DNA of 64,000 nt from an uncultured Clostridia bacterium (GCA_944393375.1 CALXZX010000004.1:6163-70162), one strand, 5' to 3'. Counted from the stretch's first letter, positions 21,866 through 33,018 are shown. Notes: generated from the sequence alone by a model not told the origin. A program made the numbers and translations.

Positions 21866-22939
21866 TTATATAAATAGGTCTTCAATATTATTTATTCCAA
21901 ATAAAAATTTTAATTCTTCGTCTGTACCTTTTTCACTTTCTATATTTTGATTATTCTGTAAATCATTGCTCATTTTTTCTTGTATATTTGTGGTTCCAGT
22001 AATATTTATATTTTCACCTATATATCCTGGATTAGTGTTTTTAGTTGTTTCTCCTTTTTTTAATATATCTACATATTCTAATAGATTGTCTATATATTTG
22101 ATAACATCTTCTGAATATTTATATGCTAATATATTTTCATTTTTTATAATAATCGCATTTAGTGTAATATTAATAATGATCGACAATAATAAAACAATAT
22201 TAAATCTTCCAATTACCATAAATAGCATAATAGATGTAATAATATTTAATATTCCTGCAATAGAAATGAAATTTAAACTACTTGATTGTCCCATCATATC
22301 CTTTTTTTCAATTTCATATAAAATCATTTTTTCCATTGCTAACTTGCACATTTCTCCTCTTTGCAAATAGTAACTCTCTCTTTGATTTCTTTTAAATTCA
22401 TTTAATTCTATTTCATCATGAAATGCAAATAAAATTTTTCCTATAAACATACTCTCATATGAAGGGATTTCATCACTGGAATATTCTTTTATTTTATCAC
22501 TACTAATTCTTTCTAAGGCATCTATTTGCTTAAATTTAGTTCTATCTTTTAATTTTAAAGTATTATTTTCTTTATTTATCTCTACATATCCTTTTTCTAT
22601 GAGATAATATATTTCTGCATTTAGCAATTCATTATCTAGTATAAATTCATTTTTTATTAAAAATCTTGTTAAGATTGGGTCATATTTATTTTCAAAAACT
22701 TCTTTCGAATTAGTTACTCTTTCTTCATTTTCTTTTTTAATAATATATATAGATGTACATATATAAACAACAGACATAATATATAAAAAAATTGTTTTTA
22801 AAATTTCTATATTTGCAAATATAGCTACTAATATCGTTATAAATATATTTATTAAAACAAGTATCATAATAATTTTAAAAATTGTTTTTTTATCATTTCC
22901 TCTTATTTTTATATCTAAATTTTTTATATTAAACCTCAT
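21866..22939 (-). CDS. Hypothetical membrane protein
   Basis: 357 aa ORF with two TM pairs; GGGG RBS. Confidence 0.6.
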   Translation of the reverse strand: MRFNIKNLDIKIRGNDKKTIFKIIMILVLINIFITILVAIFANIEILKTIFLYIMSVVYICTSIYIIKKENEERVTNSKEVFENKYDPILTRFLIKNEFILDNELLNAEIYYLIEKGYVEINKENNTLKLKDRTKFKQIDALERISSDKIKEYSSDEIPSYESMFIGKILFAFHDEIELNEFKRNQRESYYLQRGEMCKLAMEKMILYEIEKKDMMGQSSSLNFISIAGILNIITSIMLFMVIGRFNIVLLLSIIINITLNAIIIKNENILAYKYSEDVIKYIDNLLEYVDILKKGETTKNTNPGYIGENINITGTTNIQEKMSNDLQNNQNIESEKGTDEELKFLFGINNIEDLFI

Positions 22940-22975
22940 TAAATTTTCCCCCTTTTATTTTTACATACAATAAGG

Positions 22976-24931
22976 TTAAGTTTTTTGTAAATCTATATAA
23001 TGATAAGAAATGTTAAATTTATTGAATATATCTTTTTCTCTTTCTGTACAAGTAAATAAAATAATTTGTCTGTCTGGATATGTATTTGTTAAATAGGTCA
23101 ATATATTTTCTAACCTTTGTGTATCATAATAAGCAAATGCTTCATCTAAAATAATTGGCATTTTTTCTTTTGATAATTCCTCTGTCATAGAAAGTCTTAA
23201 TGATAAGTAAAGTTGGTCAATAGTTCCTACACTTAATCGATTTGCCTCAACATAATTTCCGTTTTCTAATTCTACCACTAATCCATTATCATCTTGTAAC
23301 ATAACATTTCTATATTTACCATTTGTTATTTTATTTATGTTTTTAGAAAGGTTCTGTGTAAACTTAGGGGTGACTGTGTTTTTCATTTTTTCATATGCTC
23401 TTTCTATCAATTCTTTTGCTAAATTCATACTTTTTTCTAGTTTTTTTAAGTTTACAATTTTTTCGTTATTGTTAACCATTTTTTCTTCTATTTTCATCAA
23501 ATTATCTATTTTGGGTTCAACATTTTCTTTATCAAAATCTAATTCATGTATTTTTATTTTTATCATATTAAATTCTTTTTGTGTTTTTTCTATTTCTTCA
23601 TTTATATCATTTAAATTATTTATTTTTATTATTGCATTATTTTCTATTTTGCTTAAATAATTATTTTTAATTTTTTCAATTTCTAAATTTATTTTTGTAT
23701 TTACATTATTTTTTAATTCATTTATTTCGTTTTGTAATTCACTATTATTTTTTTCTATCATTTTATTTTCATTTAAATAATTATTTTTTTCATTATTTAT
23801 TTTTTCTTCTTCTTCTTTATTTTCTTTTTCTAATATTTTTATTTTATTTTTTTTATATTTTAAATAAATTATAGAAAAAATTAAAAACGTTGGGAGAGTA
23901 AGAAGAAAAATATATTTAAAAATTATATTTTTTATAAAAACAAATTGAATTATATTTATTAAAAATAATAAAATAAATAATATAATTAATTTATTTTTTA
24001 ATTTATTTTTATTTTTAATTAATTTATTTATTTTTTGATTATTTTTTTCAAATATTTTTTTATTTCCATTTTCAATGTCCAAAATTTCTTTTTTATTTAA
24101 ATTTATTTTTTTATCATTTTCATTTTTTATATTTTCTTTTATTTTTATTTTTTCATTTTCTATTTTTTCTTCTTCTAATATTTTTTTTATCTTATTTAAA
24201 TATTCTAAGTTTATTTCTAAATTTGAAAATTTTTCCAATAATTTTTTTTTATTTTCTTCAATCTCATATTTGGTATTTTTATATTTTTCTAATTCTATTC
24301 TTTCTTCTTCTAAATTTTGATTTTCACGTAACAATCTGTTTAGTGGCTTTTCCCTAGACTTTTGAGTTCCTATTTCTTCTAATTGTCTTCTATTAATTCT
24401 ATCAATTGCTCGTTTATAAGAAACATTATCTTCTCCTGTTCCTATTAAATTTGCAATTTTTTGTACTAATATTGTTTGTTGACTTTTTTCTAATTTTACT
24501 TGTTCTTGATTTACTACAATGGTAGATAAAAATAAAGTCTCATCCATTTTGGTTTGTTCATAAAAAAATTCATTTCCTTTTGATTTATCTATATTAAATT
24601 GCTTTGAAATATCTTCTTTTTTTTCATTAAATATTTGTGGGTTTTTCTTTTTAAAATTTCTAAATACCTCAAATGTTTCTAAATTATCTAATATGTATTC
24701 TATTTTTCCTGAAAATTCTTCCGTATCCCATGGTTTATATTTTTCAAAATCAGAATATGCTTTTCCATTTTTATTTTTAGAAATACCATATAATATATTG
24801 ATAATAAAATTTAATATGGTTGATTTTCCTGCCTCATTCTGACCATGAATCACATTTATATGGTCATCTAATTCAATTTCTTTATCTTTTAATTTTCCAT
24901 AAGCATTTATCTTTAATCTACGTATTCTCAC
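22976..24931 (-). CDS. SMC-like AAA ATPase (YhaN/Rad50-like) with central TM pair
   Basis: GQNEAGKST Walker A, LSVGT..Q signature, ILDEAF Walker B; adjacent to an SbcD-like gene. Confidence 0.85.
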   Translation of the reverse strand: MRIRRLKINAYGKLKDKEIELDDHINVIHGQNEAGKSTILNFIINILYGISKNKNGKAYSDFEKYKPWDTEEFSGKIEYILDNLETFEVFRNFKKKNPQIFNEKKEDISKQFNIDKSKGNEFFYEQTKMDETLFLSTIVVNQEQVKLEKSQQTILVQKIANLIGTGEDNVSYKRAIDRINRRQLEEIGTQKSREKPLNRLLRENQNLEEERIELEKYKNTKYEIEENKKKLLEKFSNLEINLEYLNKIKKILEEEKIENEKIKIKENIKNENDKKINLNKKEILDIENGNKKIFEKNNQKINKLIKNKNKLKNKLIILFILLFLINIIQFVFIKNIIFKYIFLLTLPTFLIFSIIYLKYKKNKIKILEKENKEEEEKINNEKNNYLNENKMIEKNNSELQNEINELKNNVNTKINLEIEKIKNNYLSKIENNAIIKINNLNDINEEIEKTQKEFNMIKIKIHELDFDKENVEPKIDNLMKIEEKMVNNNEKIVNLKKLEKSMNLAKELIERAYEKMKNTVTPKFTQNLSKNINKITNGKYRNVMLQDDNGLVVELENGNYVEANRLSVGTIDQLYLSLRLSMTEELSKEKMPIILDEAFAYYDTQRLENILTYLTNTYPDRQIILFTCTEREKDIFNKFNISYHYIDLQKT

Positions 24932-24941
24932 CTTTTCACCT

Positions 24942-26024
24942 CTATTCTAATGCTTCAAAAGCAATTTCAACTGCCTTTTCTATTATTTCTAATTCTTCTT
25001 CTCCTGCATTTTCTTTTTCTTTCAATATTTCTTTTACAAATAATCCTTTTAATGTATGCATATTTGCCATTTTTTCTAAGTTATATTGTATTTTCGTATT
25101 GTCTTTTATTTTTATAATTCTCTCATTTGTCAATAATTTATATAATTCATATTTATCAATTTCAAAATTTCTTTTTCCCATTAATATTAGTTTTATTAAT
25201 TGATTATCTATTATATCTAAATCATTTATTTTTTCAATTAATTCTTCTTTAGAAATACATGTACTTACATCCAGTTCTTTCTCCTCAAAATCATTTTCAC
25301 TTAATGGAACAAATTCTGTTTTTAATTCTTTATTTTCTTTTATTTCTCCTACAATCATTCCATGTTTTCCTAGTTCATCAAATCCTAATGAAATTAAAGA
25401 GCCAGGATATACAATCTTTTGATTTTCATATGTGTTATAATCTAATTTATGAATATGTCCAGTTGCTACATAATCAAATCCTTTTTCTTCTAAAAGTTTT
25501 CTTGGAATAGAGTTATATTGTTTTTCCTCTATATTTGCTCCATCAATCGTACTATGAATCACCAATATATTGGTTTTTGTTTTATCCTCTATTTCTAAAT
25601 TTTCGATCTCACAATTTGTACAATAAAAATCATCAAAACCATATCCATATATATTAACATCTTCTAATGCTACTTTTTCAATTTTTGATGAAAATATATG
25701 TACATTATCATTCCATTTAAATTGATTATAATAAGAATTTTTAATATATGGGTCATGATTCCCTGGACTAATATAAATTTTTGTATTTGGTATCTCTTTA
25801 AATAATTCATTCATGTATTCTATTGTTGATTTTCTAATGTATTGATGTTCATAAACATCTCCTGCAATAAATAAAAAATCGATAGCATTTTCTTTTATAT
25901 ATTCAATTACTTTTTTAAAAACTTTTCTTTGTTCTAGTCGTTTAATATCTCCTAAATTTTCTTTATCTGATAAATTTACAAACGGACTATCAAAATGTAT
26001 ATCTGCTATATGCACAAATTTCAT
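24942..26024 (-). CDS. SbcD/Mre11-like (YhaO) DNA repair metallophosphoesterase
   Basis: ADIH, AGD, PGNHD and GHIH motifs. Confidence 0.88.
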   Translation of the reverse strand: MKFVHIADIHFDSPFVNLSDKENLGDIKRLEQRKVFKKVIEYIKENAIDFLFIAGDVYEHQYIRKSTIEYMNELFKEIPNTKIYISPGNHDPYIKNSYYNQFKWNDNVHIFSSKIEKVALEDVNIYGYGFDDFYCTNCEIENLEIEDKTKTNILVIHSTIDGANIEEKQYNSIPRKLLEEKGFDYVATGHIHKLDYNTYENQKIVYPGSLISLGFDELGKHGMIVGEIKENKELKTEFVPLSENDFEEKELDVSTCISKEELIEKINDLDIIDNQLIKLILMGKRNFEIDKYELYKLLTNERIIKIKDNTKIQYNLEKMANMHTLKGLFVKEILKEKENAGEEELEIIEKAVEIAFEALE

Positions 26025-26201
26025 AATTTTATCTTCCTTTTTTTAATTAAAATCTTTGTTATTATACTTTTCTTATGATTAAAATTGTATACTAATTATT
26101 ATTTTTTTTCAAGTAGATAAGCGAAAGTTTTTTTGGTGTTCTATATTCCTAAAAACATGAAAAAATCCACAAATATATGTGGATTTCTAATAATGTATTT
26201 G

Positions 26202-28239
26202 TTAATCTTCTTCATTTAATGGACCAAATAACTCATCAAATTTCGCTTCTAGTTCTTTTTGTAAATCATATATATCATCTTCATCTTCTTTTACAGGTTC
26301 TTGTGGTAATACTGGTGCCTCTGCATCAGATATATTTTTAATGTCTGTTGTTGAAGTTTCTTCTTTGCTTTTTTCTGCATTTTTTACTTCTTGCTTATTT
26401 TCTTCTTTTGAAGGTATATCATCAAATAAATCATCTAATGATTCTACTTTCAAATTATCTAATTTTTCTTTTTTCTCATCTTCTGGTACATATGGATTGT
26501 ATGGATTATATTTTCTCCATGGTCCTCTTTCAATTTCACCAATATCATTATGGCTAATCTCTAAACGTTTCATTTCTTTTGCCATTGGATGTTTGAAATA
26601 ATAGAATTTTTTAGCTTTTATTGGTTTTAATCCTTTTTCATAAATAATACATAAGTCATTGTCCATTCTTCTTAATTCATCTGGTGTCATCAAAGCTCTT
26701 GCCATGACTTGGTCTGACACACTTTTTCCTGTTTTCCAGTTTTGTCTATCTCTATTAATTGATATACTATCTCTTTCAATTGTCTTTTCTCCCAATGCTT
26801 TTGAAAAATATTCTACTGTTTTATAGGAGTTGCTTCCTAAGAATACGTGTGTATCACAGTTACCCATAATGGTTTCATAAGATTTCTCATATACGGCCTC
26901 TAATTGGTCTATATTTTGTAAAATAACACTAAAAGATATTTTTCTACTTCTAGATGTAGAAATCTTTTTATCAAAATCTGGTATTTTTCCTATGTTTGCA
27001 AACTCATCTAGTATGAAAAAAGTTTGTTCTTTTAGTGTTCCACCATTTTGGTCTGCATAATCATATAGTTGTTGTATCATCTGTGCAAAAAATATGGTTA
27101 ATAAGAAATCATAAGCAGTATGTGTATCTGATGATATAACATATACAGCTGTTTTCTCATTTCCTATTTCTTCAAAATCAATCGTATCGGTTGAAGTTAA
27201 TTCTGCAATTTCTTTTGAATCAAATTTACCAAGTTTAGATTGTAATGAACTTAAAATAGAACCATATGTTTTTTCTGGTGCAATTTCAATAGATTTATAG
27301 TTCATTCTTGCTGGATGGTCATATGGCAATTGACTCATTAATTCTGTTAAGAGGTTATTTCCTCCATTTGTATTTGCTGCCCTAACCAATTCTGCACAAC
27401 TGGCTAAATTTTGTTCTTCTTCAGGTCTTGTGGCTAATAAATAATAAATTAATGCTTTTAATAACATTTCAGCAGAATCATCCCAGAACGGATCTGAAGT
27501 CGCTCCTTCTGACTTTTGTCCTTTTACAATTGTATTAGCAATAACATCAACATCTAGTCCTGATGACACATGCATCAATGGATTATATCCATCACTATAT
27601 TCTGGTCTTACAAGGTTTAATACTTTTATTTTATATCCATGTGCTTTTAAATATCCTGCTGTTCTATCATATAGTTCTCCTTTAGGGTCTGTAAATACAT
27701 AGGAACCTAGCATTTGATAAGCATTTGGAATAGAATATGATGCAGATTTACCAGAACCTGATCCGTCCAACTACTAATACATTAACATTACCCCTCTTAT
27801 CTACTGGTAAGTAATTGTTTTCTGCTAGAATAATTCCTTTATTTTTGTTTAATATTTGATATTGTTCTCCTCTTTGACTCCAATCACTAGACCCATGCTC
27901 TATATCTGAAAATTCATTTTTAGGAGCTGTTCTAAAAATTCCTATAAAAAAGAATAGTGCATAAAATATTGTCACAACCATTAATATAGAAAAATATGTT
28001 CCTATAGCACCTTCTGTTAATACAGTTCTCAGAGTATTAAATGGGTGAGTTACTGATGTTCCAAAATTCTCTACAAATGCTGTTAAATCAAATTGCCCAT
28101 TGATATTTGCTTGATAGGAACTATGTGCTATAGGCGTAACAAATACTATGGCTATAATAATCCATAGTATTGCACAAACAATAAAATTCGTTCTATTTCT
28201 TTTAATTGCTCCTTCAATTTTATAATTCAATGTAATCAC
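26202..28239 (-). CDS. VirD4/TraG-like type IV coupling protein, with a +1 frameshift at CGG 27765-27763 (~678 aa when joined)
   Basis: 5' ORF has two TMs plus EHGSSDW and NVNVLVVG. Sequence GTT GGA C GGA TCA GGT TCT GGT AAA; the +1 frame gives Walker A GGSGSGKS, then TDPKGEL, DPFW, LDEFANIG and RALMTPDEL. Confidence 0.88.
27762..27765 (-). other. Putative +1 recoding site CGG-A in the VirD4 Walker A motif
   Basis: In-frame CGG; skipping the C restores VLVVG-GSGSGKS. Confidence 0.75.
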
Positions 28240-28251
28240 CTACTCTTTTGT

Positions 28252-28620
28252 TTATATCTCTTTATCTGGTTGTGTATTTTCTTTATTTGTCTCTAATATT
28301 TTCTTATTTCGATATTCTTGTAATTTCTTTAAGCTTTGAACATCTTTAGGTAGTTTTGCTGATTTTATAACAGGACCTTTACCTACTTTTCTTACCATTT
28401 TTCCATCTGGTTGTAATCCATTGGTTGTTGTTGTTGTCGTTGGCTCAATAACTTGTCCTTCTATGATAGTTTCCTCTAAGCCTGTTGCACCGTGTGCAAT
28501 GTCATCTGCATATTTTTCATCTTTTTGAAATTCCTTTTCTATGACTCTTTGTATGAAAACACAACATCTCACTACATCATTTTCTAAACTCGAACTTCGT
28601 TTTGCTCCTGGATTATTCAT
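28252..28620 (-). CDS. Hypothetical protein
   Basis: 122 aa ORF with GGAGG RBS, tightly spaced upstream of the VirD4-like gene. Confidence 0.6.
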   Translation of the reverse strand: MNNPGAKRSSSLENDVVRCCVFIQRVIEKEFQKDEKYADDIAHGATGLEETIIEGQVIEPTTTTTTNGLQPDGKMVRKVGKGPVIKSAKLPKDVQSLKKLQEYRNKKILETNKENTQPDKEI

Positions 28621-28634
28621 TTAAACTTTCCTCC

Positions 28635-29159
28635 TTAACTCTCTTTTTTGTCCTTGATTTCAAAGGCAAAATAAGGTTTATTTGGTTTCAACTTACATTT
28701 TCCTTTTACTTCATTTGTTTTTTCATCAAAATAAAGTACAGGTTTTATTTCTTCTGTAGTTTCTGGGTCAATGACACAAATTGGTCTCTTTAAATTGGGT
28801 GTATATTTAAAATCCTTTATTTCTGTTTCATTTTCTGAATATATACTATCAAACTTTAAAGGCATTGGTTTTTTACTGATAGAAACTTTATTACCTTCCA
28901 ATATAGCAGTATTAACAACAACCCTATCTTTTCCAAAAGACAATATAACTAAATCATCCTGGTCTACTGATGGAAAATCTACATAAAAGGTTTTTCTTGT
29001 CATATCTCCTCTTATCTCATTCGTTGACTCTAACCTCTCTAAAACATATTTAGGATATTCCTTCATTAATTCTTTTGGAGTTTTAATGATTTGATAGATG
29101 ACTGTACTTACTCCCTTTGGATCTGTAATACTAAAGCTCTTTCCTTCCCATGTCTCCAT
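28635..29159 (-). CDS. Hypothetical protein
   Basis: 174 aa ORF with GGAGG RBS; first gene of the apparent 3-gene operon ending in VirD4. Confidence 0.65.
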   Translation of the reverse strand: METWEGKSFSITDPKGVSTVIYQIIKTPKELMKEYPKYVLERLESTNEIRGDMTRKTFYVDFPSVDQDDLVILSFGKDRVVVNTAILEGNKVSISKKPMPLKFDSIYSENETEIKDFKYTPNLKRPICVIDPETTEEIKPVLYFDEKTNEVKGKCKLKPNKPYFAFEIKDKKES

Positions 29160-29287
29160 TTTTTTCCCTCCGTTTCTATGTTTTTAATCCATAGTTTATC
29201 CTTTGTTTTATACAACATTCACTATTTATTTTACATGAAAATACATATATTGTCAATAACATTTTATGTAAATATGTGCTTTTTTAC

Positions 29288-30163
29288 TTACTCTTTTCTT
29301 GGATTAAAGCTTGATATATGATTTAATTGTTCAAATATCTTCTTTTCTTCACTTGTTAATTTTTTTGGTACCATAATTTTTACTTCTGCAATTAGGTCTC
29401 CTCTTGCTCCTTTTCCATCTTTGTAGCCCTTACCTGGTATTCGAATTTTTTCTCCACTTTGAATTCCTTGAGGAATATATACTTTTGTTTCTTCATCTAT
29501 TGACTGAATATTCACTCTTGTTCCTAATGCAGCTTCCCAAGGTGTTATTAATAAATCTGTATACATATCAGAACCTTGTAATCTAAACTTTTTATCATTT
29601 TTTATATTAATTTTTATAAATAAGTCTCCATTTTTAGCTCCATTTATTCCAGGTTTTCCTTGACCTATTAATCGTATTTTTTCACCATCTCTTATCCCTT
29701 GAGGAACCGTTACTGTAAATGTTTTCATCTTTCCATCAACCGTTCTTAGAGATATTTTTTTATCTAATCCATAAAAAGCTTCATATATTGTCGTATTAAT
29801 TTCTGTTTCGACATTTTCTCCTCTTAATGGTTCTTTCCCTTTTTTGTCACTTTTTTCCTCATGGTTTTGTTTGATGTTTCCAAAAAACATCTTTACAATA
29901 GAGTCTTTTCCTTTCATATTAAATTTCTTATTAACCAAATTATGTGAATTCCATATTCTATCATATTTTCTTTTCGAACTTGGTATAGATAAAATTCTAT
30001 ATGCCTCATTTACGTCTTTTATACGTTCTTCTGCTAAATTATCCCCTATGTTTACATCAGGGTGATATTTTTTAGCAGCATTTCGATATGCTACTTTTAT
30101 TTCATCAATAGAAACTCTACTTGTTTCTAGCCCCAAAATTTTATAATAATCTTTAAAAATCAT
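29288..30163 (-). CDS. DnaJ-class chaperone lacking the zinc finger (CbpA-like)
   Basis: J domain KDYYKILG...HPD and DnaJ C-terminal domain; ATG at 30163 after GGAGG. Confidence 0.88.
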   Translation of the reverse strand: MIFKDYYKILGLETSRVSIDEIKVAYRNAAKKYHPDVNIGDNLAEERIKDVNEAYRILSIPSSKRKYDRIWNSHNLVNKKFNMKGKDSIVKMFFGNIKQNHEEKSDKKGKEPLRGENVETEINTTIYEAFYGLDKKISLRTVDGKMKTFTVTVPQGIRDGEKIRLIGQGKPGINGAKNGDLFIKINIKNDKKFRLQGSDMYTDLLITPWEAALGTRVNIQSIDEETKVYIPQGIQSGEKIRIPGKGYKDGKGARGDLIAEVKIMVPKKLTSEEKKIFEQLNHISSFNPRKE

Positions 30164-30250
30164 TTGACATCCTCCCCAATAATTAGGTGATTTTATTATA
30201 CCATAAAAATGAAAAAAATCCATAGTTTTATGGATTTTTTATTATACATT

Positions 30251-31294
30251 TTATTCTTGTGCCAATTCTATTAATTTATCTAGTAATTCATTATACTGTA
30301 TTCCCTCTGCTTCAAATAGTTTTGGATACATACTTATTTTTGTAAATCCTGGTAAAGTATTGATTTCATTAATATAAATTTGGTTGGTTTTATCCTCTAC
30401 AAAGAAATCCACTCTTGATAACCCTTTTCCATCAATTGCTTTAAACGCTTTTATTGCTAGTTTTCTGATTTCATTTGAAACCTCTTGAGTTAAATTTGCT
30501 GGAATTAGTGTCTTTGAATTTTCATTTTGATATTTAGCATCATAACTATAAAATTCATCAGCAGGTTTAATTTCTCCTACGCAAGATGCAATTACATCAT
30601 CATTTCCAAGTACTGCACATTCTACTTCTTGCCCAAGAATTCCTTTTTCTATTAAAATTTTCTTGTCAAATCTTTTCGCATATTCTATATATTTTTTCAA
30701 TTCTTCTTTATTTTTTGCTTTATTGATTCCTACGCTTGAGCCAGAATTTGCCGGTTTTATAAATACTGGAAAATCAATCTCTTTTTCAACTATATCTACT
30801 GCCTCATCTAAAGATACTTTTTTCTCATTAAATTCTTTGTCTATATATGTATATTGATCTTTATATTGTTTCAAATATATATATGGTGCTTGACAAATAT
30901 TTGCTTTATCAAAGACAACTTTTGTATAAGCTTTATCCATTCCCACACTTGATGCTAACACACCACACCCAACATATGGTTTTTTTAATATTTCGAATAA
31001 TCCTTGAATCGTTCCATCTTCTCCATATGCACCATGTAATACTGGAAAAAGGACATCTAATTTTTGTAAGTACTTCATAATATTCTCTATCTTATTCAAA
31101 TCATCCATATCTTCACTAATCTCAATATTTTCTAAATTATTATATTGATACCATTCTCCATTTTTTGAAATATATATTGGAAAAATTTCATATTTCTTTT
31201 TGTCTAAATTCTTTAAAATAGAATTTGCTGACATAACAGAAACCTCATTTTCTGTTGACATCCCTCCAAAAATAAGTCCTAATTTTATTTTCAT
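30251..31294 (-). CDS. ddl: D-alanine--D-alanine ligase
   Basis: FGGMSTENEVS, LHGAYGEDG, GSSVG, YSYDAKY and NEINTLPG motifs. Confidence 0.95.
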   Translation of the reverse strand: MKIKLGLIFGGMSTENEVSVMSANSILKNLDKKKYEIFPIYISKNGEWYQYNNLENIEISEDMDDLNKIENIMKYLQKLDVLFPVLHGAYGEDGTIQGLFEILKKPYVGCGVLASSVGMDKAYTKVVFDKANICQAPYIYLKQYKDQYTYIDKEFNEKKVSLDEAVDIVEKEIDFPVFIKPANSGSSVGINKAKNKEELKKYIEYAKRFDKKILIEKGILGQEVECAVLGNDDVIASCVGEIKPADEFYSYDAKYQNENSKTLIPANLTQEVSNEIRKLAIKAFKAIDGKGLSRVDFFVEDKTNQIYINEINTLPGFTKISMYPKLFEAEGIQYNELLDKLIELAQE

Positions 31295-31336
31295 ATTATC
31301 CTCTCCTTTGTTTTTATTATTATATTTTTTTCTTTC

Positions 31337-32746
31337 TTATTTAAACTCTATCTTTATCTTTTCTGCTATATCAAAAAATCGCATACCATTTGATGCTTTA
31401 AATAGTATTACATCTTCTGGTTGAATCATTTGTTTCAATAACTCTACAATATCTTCTTTATTTTCAAAATAATATATATTTTTTTCATCAAATCCATTTT
31501 CTTTTGCAGATTTAGCTATATATTTTGCATTTTCTCCACTACAAATTAAAACATCTACCTGATTTTCACATACAATTTTACCAATTTCTTTATGTAATGT
31601 TAAAGCAAATTTCCCAGTTTCTAATATATCTCCTAATACTGCAATTCTTCTGTTTGCCTTCATATGATTCATATATGCCAAACTTGCCTTCACTGATTCT
31701 ACACTAGAATTGTATGCATCATTGATTAACTTAATACCATTTTTTAATTCTATGACTTCCATTCTATTTTTGGTCAGAGAAAATGTTTCAATTCCTCTTT
31801 TTATATCTTCATTTTCTATGTTTAATAATTCTCCAACTGCAATGGCGCATAAACTATTTAATACAAAATGCTCCCCTCCAATAGGAACTTTTATTTTTTC
31901 TTCTTTATTGTTTAAGTTAGTATAGTATTTACTACCATTTTCATATAGTTGAATATCTTTTGCTTGTATATCACTTTTTTCATTGACTCCATATGTCCTT
32001 ATTTCTATGTTATCTTTATTTTCTTTATACCATTTATGTAATAAATCATTATCATTATTAATAACTATATACGGATGTTTTGCACCATCTAATATTTCTA
32101 ATTTTGCCTTTAATATATTTTCTCTTGACCCTAGGTTTCCTATATGTGATGTACCTATATTGGTAATAATGCATATATTTGGTTTTGCAATTTCAGAAAG
32201 TAAATGAATTTCTCCAAAATGATTCATTCCCATTTCTAATACAAATGCTTCAATATCATTTGGTGCATTTAATATCGTAAATGGCATTCCAATATTATTG
32301 TTATTATTTCCTATTGTTTTACAAATTTTATATTTTTGTGCAACAACATTAGCAACCAAATCTTTTGTACTTGTTTTTCCTACACTACCTGTAATAGCTA
32401 TGACAGGTACATCATAGATTTCTCTTTTATAACTTGCTAATTTATATAATGCTTGCAAAGTATCTTCTACTTCTATTATCACTTTATCTTGATATAGCTC
32501 TATGTCATTTTTATCAAAGTCTATACCTTGAACAATAACTCCCATTGCCCCATTATCTAATGCTTTCTTCCAAAATATATTCCCATCAAAATTCTCTCCT
32601 TTAATTCCTATGTATATATCTCCTTCTTTTATGGTTCTTGTATCTTTCGAAAATTCTTTACATATTAAATCTTCGTTTCCTGTAATTAGTTTTCCACCTA
32701 TACATGCTAGTACATCTTTTATCGTTATATTCTTCATCTTTTCCAC
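31337..32746 (-). CDS. murF: UDP-MurNAc-tripeptide--D-Ala-D-Ala ligase
   Basis: ITGSVGKTSTK, LEMGMNHFGEI, INDAYNS and LFKASNGM motifs. Confidence 0.94.
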   Translation of the reverse strand: MEKMKNITIKDVLACIGGKLITGNEDLICKEFSKDTRTIKEGDIYIGIKGENFDGNIFWKKALDNGAMGVIVQGIDFDKNDIELYQDKVIIEVEDTLQALYKLASYKREIYDVPVIAITGSVGKTSTKDLVANVVAQKYKICKTIGNNNNNIGMPFTILNAPNDIEAFVLEMGMNHFGEIHLLSEIAKPNICIITNIGTSHIGNLGSRENILKAKLEILDGAKHPYIVINNDNDLLHKWYKENKDNIEIRTYGVNEKSDIQAKDIQLYENGSKYYTNLNNKEEKIKVPIGGEHFVLNSLCAIAVGELLNIENEDIKRGIETFSLTKNRMEVIELKNGIKLINDAYNSSVESVKASLAYMNHMKANRRIAVLGDILETGKFALTLHKEIGKIVCENQVDVLICSGENAKYIAKSAKENGFDEKNIYYFENKEDIVELLKQMIQPEDVILFKASNGMRFFDIAEKIKIEFK

Positions 32747-32800
32747 CTCTATATCTTTTTTAGAATTATATGATTAAATTTTGTTTTTTGCAACTATACA

Positions 32801-32842
32801 AGAAAATATGGGTAGAATTTTTTCAATCCTACCCATATTTTC
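32801..32842 (-). terminator. Intrinsic terminator after the sspF-like gene
   Basis: GAAAATATGGGTAG / CTACCCATATTTTC stem. Confidence 0.7.
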
Positions 32843-32844
32843 AA

Positions 32845-33018
32845 CTATTCTACTGCTCGATTTGCTATTTCTATTGCTTTTGAAACAATATTTCCACAAT
32901 CTTTAGAAGAAACATTTCCCCAGCTTCCTCCATCTTTTTTTACTTGTTCATATACTCCTAATTCTTTTGCAATTTCTTCTCTTAAATTTTCAGAAATTAG
33001 ATGACGATTTTTAGACAT
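32845..33018 (-). CDS. Small acid-soluble spore protein, SspF-like (57 aa; below the ORF-track cutoff)
   Basis: MSKNRHLISENLREEIAKELGVYEQVKKDGGSWGNVSSKDCGNIVSKAIEIANRAVE; AGGAGG RBS. Confidence 0.85.
   Translation of the reverse strand: MSKNRHLISENLREEIAKELGVYEQVKKDGGSWGNVSSKDCGNIVSKAIEIANRAVE

Noticed and set aside
28421..28443. (GTT)n microsatellite as a phase-variation tract
   Set aside because: It is a short in-frame trinucleotide run encoding poly-Thr, so slippage would not change the frame.
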